Source of the DNA: Azolla caroliniana
Lineage: Eukaryota; Plantae; Polypodiophyta
Assembly: GCA_043228905.1 (NCBI GenBank)
Contig: JBHGNT010000010.1
Location: 5,270,001 to 5,334,000, forward strand
Reading direction: 5' to 3'
Length of the DNA: 64,000 nucleotides
Shown here piece after piece: positions 60,780 through 64,000 of the stretch (position 1 is the stretch's first letter; each line of letters opens with the position of its first letter). Under the pieces are notes generated by a model. It was given only the letters and a program-made list of their open reading frames with translations. It did not search any database and had not been told where the DNA came from. The position numbers and the translations under genes are program-made.

Positions 60780-62537
60780 TTCCTTCAGTGCACGCAACGA
60801 ATATTGCGATATGTAAGCGGCACGAAGGACCGGGGACTATTATACCGGCGAAGTATAATTGAAGAGTTGGTCGGCTACACGGATGCCGATTGGGCCGGTG
60901 ATGCGTCAGATCGTTGATCGACTTCCGAATTTATGTTTTCTCTTGGGAGTGCGGCTGTTGCGTGGAGCGGCAAAAAGCAGCCAACAGTGGCTCTGTCTAG
61001 CACTGAGGCTGAGTACCGGGGTGCGACCGTGGCTACCGGCGAAGCCATTTGGCTTCGGCGACTACTGCGAGACTTGCGGATCGAGGTACCGACCCCGATC
61101 CCGATTTATTGTGATAACATCAGCAGGATGCAGCTCGCCAAGAACCCTATGTTCCATGCTCGCACGAAGCACATAGAAGTGCATTATCATTTTGTGCGTG
61201 AGCGGGTCCTGAGCGGTGAAGTTGAACTTCGGTATGTTCACACGGATCGGCAAGTTGCCGACATCTTCACCAAGCCGCTCGGATCGGACAAGTTACAGCA
61301 CTTTACCGACATGCTTGGTGTTCAGCATCTCGACCTGTCGCACTTGAGGGGGAGAAGCAGGGGCAAAGAAACTACCGAAACGGGCAAAGGCAAAGAAACT
61401 GTTGAACCCGTCGGTAAGAGTAGAACCAGAAGAAGGGGAGACAAGAAGAAGAAAGGAGCCGAGTCGACGAAGGAAGTCGACACATCCGAACAAGTCGGAA
61501 CGAGCGGCAGTGGTGGCAAGGTCAAGGAGGACCGAGCCAACCAGAAGGAGGAAGAAGTGTGCACTCAGGAAGAGAAGTGCATGCTATGCGGAGGTCACCA
61601 CGACGGAAGTGACCATGATGCGGAGTCAAATACAGAATTCGACTTCGATGAACCGGCTGAAGAAGCCGAAGATGGAAGCAAGGCCAAGACCCGGACGTGG
61701 TCCGATGTGGTGAAGGGTCTGAGACCGGTAGACGAATCGGAGAATACCGATTCGGACAAGAGCTGGAACGAGTCTAAGACAACCGACTCGGATCAACAGA
61801 CAAATCCGGATGAGTCGGATCAACTGAAGGTCAAGGAGACACGGACGCAGTGGAAGTCGATGCCATCGCGGAGGAACCGACGGATCGGCAAGCGCCGGAG
61901 TCATAACAACGAAGGAGCTGAGATGGGCCTATTGAGCAAACATGCCGACCGAGAAGGTCGAGGCGCGTAGAACCAAAGGGGTCACAGCAAACAGGACCGG
62001 ACCGGACGGGGAGCGCGAGCAACACGGAGCGACGCCAGGAGAAGTCGATTGGTAGAACCAACTGCCACAGACGTTGACACTACTATCCTACCTCAGGTTG
62101 AGCTTGAGGGGGAGTGTTGAGCGGCAAGCTCAACTAGAGCCGGATCGGCTGAATAAGCTTGAGCCGGTAAGCGAGACGGATCGATATGACGGTGAGCAAC
62201 CAAGCCGGCAAGCAACAGAGCCAGTGAGCTGGGGAGCTGGTTAGCCGGATCCAATTGGTAACCAGCAGCCTAGTGTTAAGTTTAGACTACTAGGTAGTTA
62301 TAGTCTCGTAGTAAGTGTCAGATGCTCGTGTGAGCATTGAAGTACACGGTACTTCTATCAGTCCCATGAGGACTTGTATAAATAGCGTTGGTAAGCGCAT
62401 TGTATGTACAGAGAACATTTCATATAATTTTGAATTAGCGTTCTGCTCTCTCTGTCTGTCTCTCCCGCGTACTCTCTCTCACTCTGTGTTTCCTGTGTTT
62501 CTATTTTAACGCTTCCGCAAACATATATGTTTTCACA
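60780..62537 (+). mobile_element. 3' end of a copia element: RT end, RNase H, in-frame extension, PPT and 3' LTR (62116-~62537)
   Basis: GYTDADWAGD, KKQPTVALSSTEAEY, QVADIFTKPL; PPT ttgagggggag then TGTTGAGCGGCAAG; LTR related to 19658 and 26556. Confidence 0.92.
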
Positions 62538-62860
62538 TCATTTTGAAGAGGTATACAGTATCAAAAGGGTGGAAAGTTCTTCAATCTCGAGGCCATTATT
62601 ATCGAACCACTTCATCACTTGTGATTACCAGATTCCTTCTACCTTTGCTTGTAAGTTTTTATGGTGGCATAGTTTGGAGATGGTTGATGTGATTCATTGT
62701 TTGGAAAAATACCTCTACCATCACATCGGGCATTGTGGCTAATTCAACTCAGATGATCATGATTGGTGTAGAGGTTGTACTGCATCTGTTAGGGTTGATA
62801 ATAATGATAAACATGGAAACGATGTGTTTGAGGATTAGCGTTGTGAGATTGGTGATGGCA

Positions 62861-63562
62861 TTGCGGGGTGGGGGGTGGTGCCTACAATGGCTCCACCCCC
62901 TTCCCAAGGGGGTTTAACGTAAGGGAAGAGAGAGAGAAAGAGAGATGACAAGAGAGAAAGATTGAGAGAGAATTATTCCTTGTTTCATTCATTCCCCATA
63001 AGGGGGTTAAATAGCTACAAAAGGGGGTAGATACATAGGGGTGCAAGCCCCCTTGACCATTCACACTAATCACTCACTCACGCCTCTTCTTATCTGTCCA
63101 CATGCACTCACGTGTGCATGTGCATTTGTCCTATAAATTTAAGTTTTCGTTTAAGTCTTTCTTTTCCCTCCGTTTTTGTGTTTGTCTTCTTCTATGCTTC
63201 ATACATTTTCTATCCCGTTGTTGTCTACATCTTCTTTATCTTCTTCCCGCCATTCTGTCTCCTACGATTTCCTCTATGCTTCTTCTCTTCCTTCTTCGTC
63301 TTCCTTCTCTCTGTTTATTCTTCTTCTTTTCTGTTTCTCCTTTCGCTTTCTCCTTCTTCATGTTCCCTTTCTTCTTCCTCTTCTTGTCTGCATTTTCTAT
63401 TCTATTTTCCGCTTCATCTTTCTCTTCTTTCTATCTTCCTCCTCTTTTCTCTTTCTTCTTCTTCTTCTTCTTGTTTTTTCTTTGTTCGTCTACCGTCGCT
63501 TCTCCTTCCTCTTCCTCTTCCTCTTCCTCTTCCTCTTCTTCCGTACATCTTGTACGGTAACA
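62861..63562 (-). mobile_element. Solo-LTR-like copy related to 17223-17574, expanded by a TC/TTC-rich tract
   Basis: Ends ...tacggtaaca; aatggctccacccccttcccaaggggg is the reverse complement of 17523-17550. TSD not clear. Confidence 0.65.
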
Positions 63563-63758
63563 CGTCATCCTAATAACATGACTTGTGGAGGCTTTATTTA
63601 CGTCCTATGGTCTTGGGCCCATATGGCTATAACATATATGCGGCAGGGTGAGCATGGTGTCAAATAGCCATGCAATGGTAAGAGTCCATTGGAAGTGTAT
63701 CCTATGACATTGTCATTCAAGCATGGTCAGAGTTGCATATCCTCGAGCAAGATGATCC

Positions 63759-64000
63759 TTGGTCCTTGAGTTTGTGCATGAAGCTAACAATAGGCAACGG
63801 TTCGGTTCAAGAGGGTCAAAACTAAACCGTTTAAAATTTTTGAAACCTGAACCGAACGACAAAATTGTTAAACTGAACCGTTAAATTTGTTCCAAACAAT
63901 TAAACCATAAAACTGTTAAAACCGTGGTTTCATGGAGTTTGGTCCTTGAGTTTGTGCATGAAGCCAACAATCGGCAATGGTTCGATTCGAGAGGGTCAAA
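63759..64000. repeat. Direct repeat with 180-bp period, cut by the window end; AAACCG-rich
   Basis: ttggtccttgagtttgtgcatgaagc.aacaat.ggcaa.ggttcg.ttc.agagggtcaaa at both 63759 and 63939. Confidence 0.8.

Noticed and set aside
63102-63667. Three overlapping 150-160 aa hydrophobic ORFs
   Set aside because: Artefacts of a stop-free TC/TTC low-complexity tract.

Overview
Eukaryotic land-plant genomic DNA; the TE lineages suggest a non-seed plant such as a fern (inference). There is one intact host gene, a three-exon CYP71-clan cytochrome P450 (150-2033, minus), plus a decayed inverted copy of its last exon. About 90% of the window is nested transposons: a very young Tcn1-type chromovirus, several Ty1/copia elements, a LINE, an Athila/Tat-type gypsy, a tRNA-Trp-primed gypsy with a gag-only non-autonomous partner, and solo LTRs. 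The most unusual item is at about 34.7-37.0 kb (minus): a spliced, now pseudogenised bacterial-type beta-class amino (N4-cytosine/N6-adenine) DNA methyltransferase. It lies next to an array of six palindromic repeats and is probably cargo of a mobile element. The young chromovirus shows a Tf1-like self-priming PBS, a strong heat-shock element, an antisense tRNA-like A/B-box module in its LTR and a -1 frameshift signal. All calls come from reading the sequence by eye; no database searches were run.
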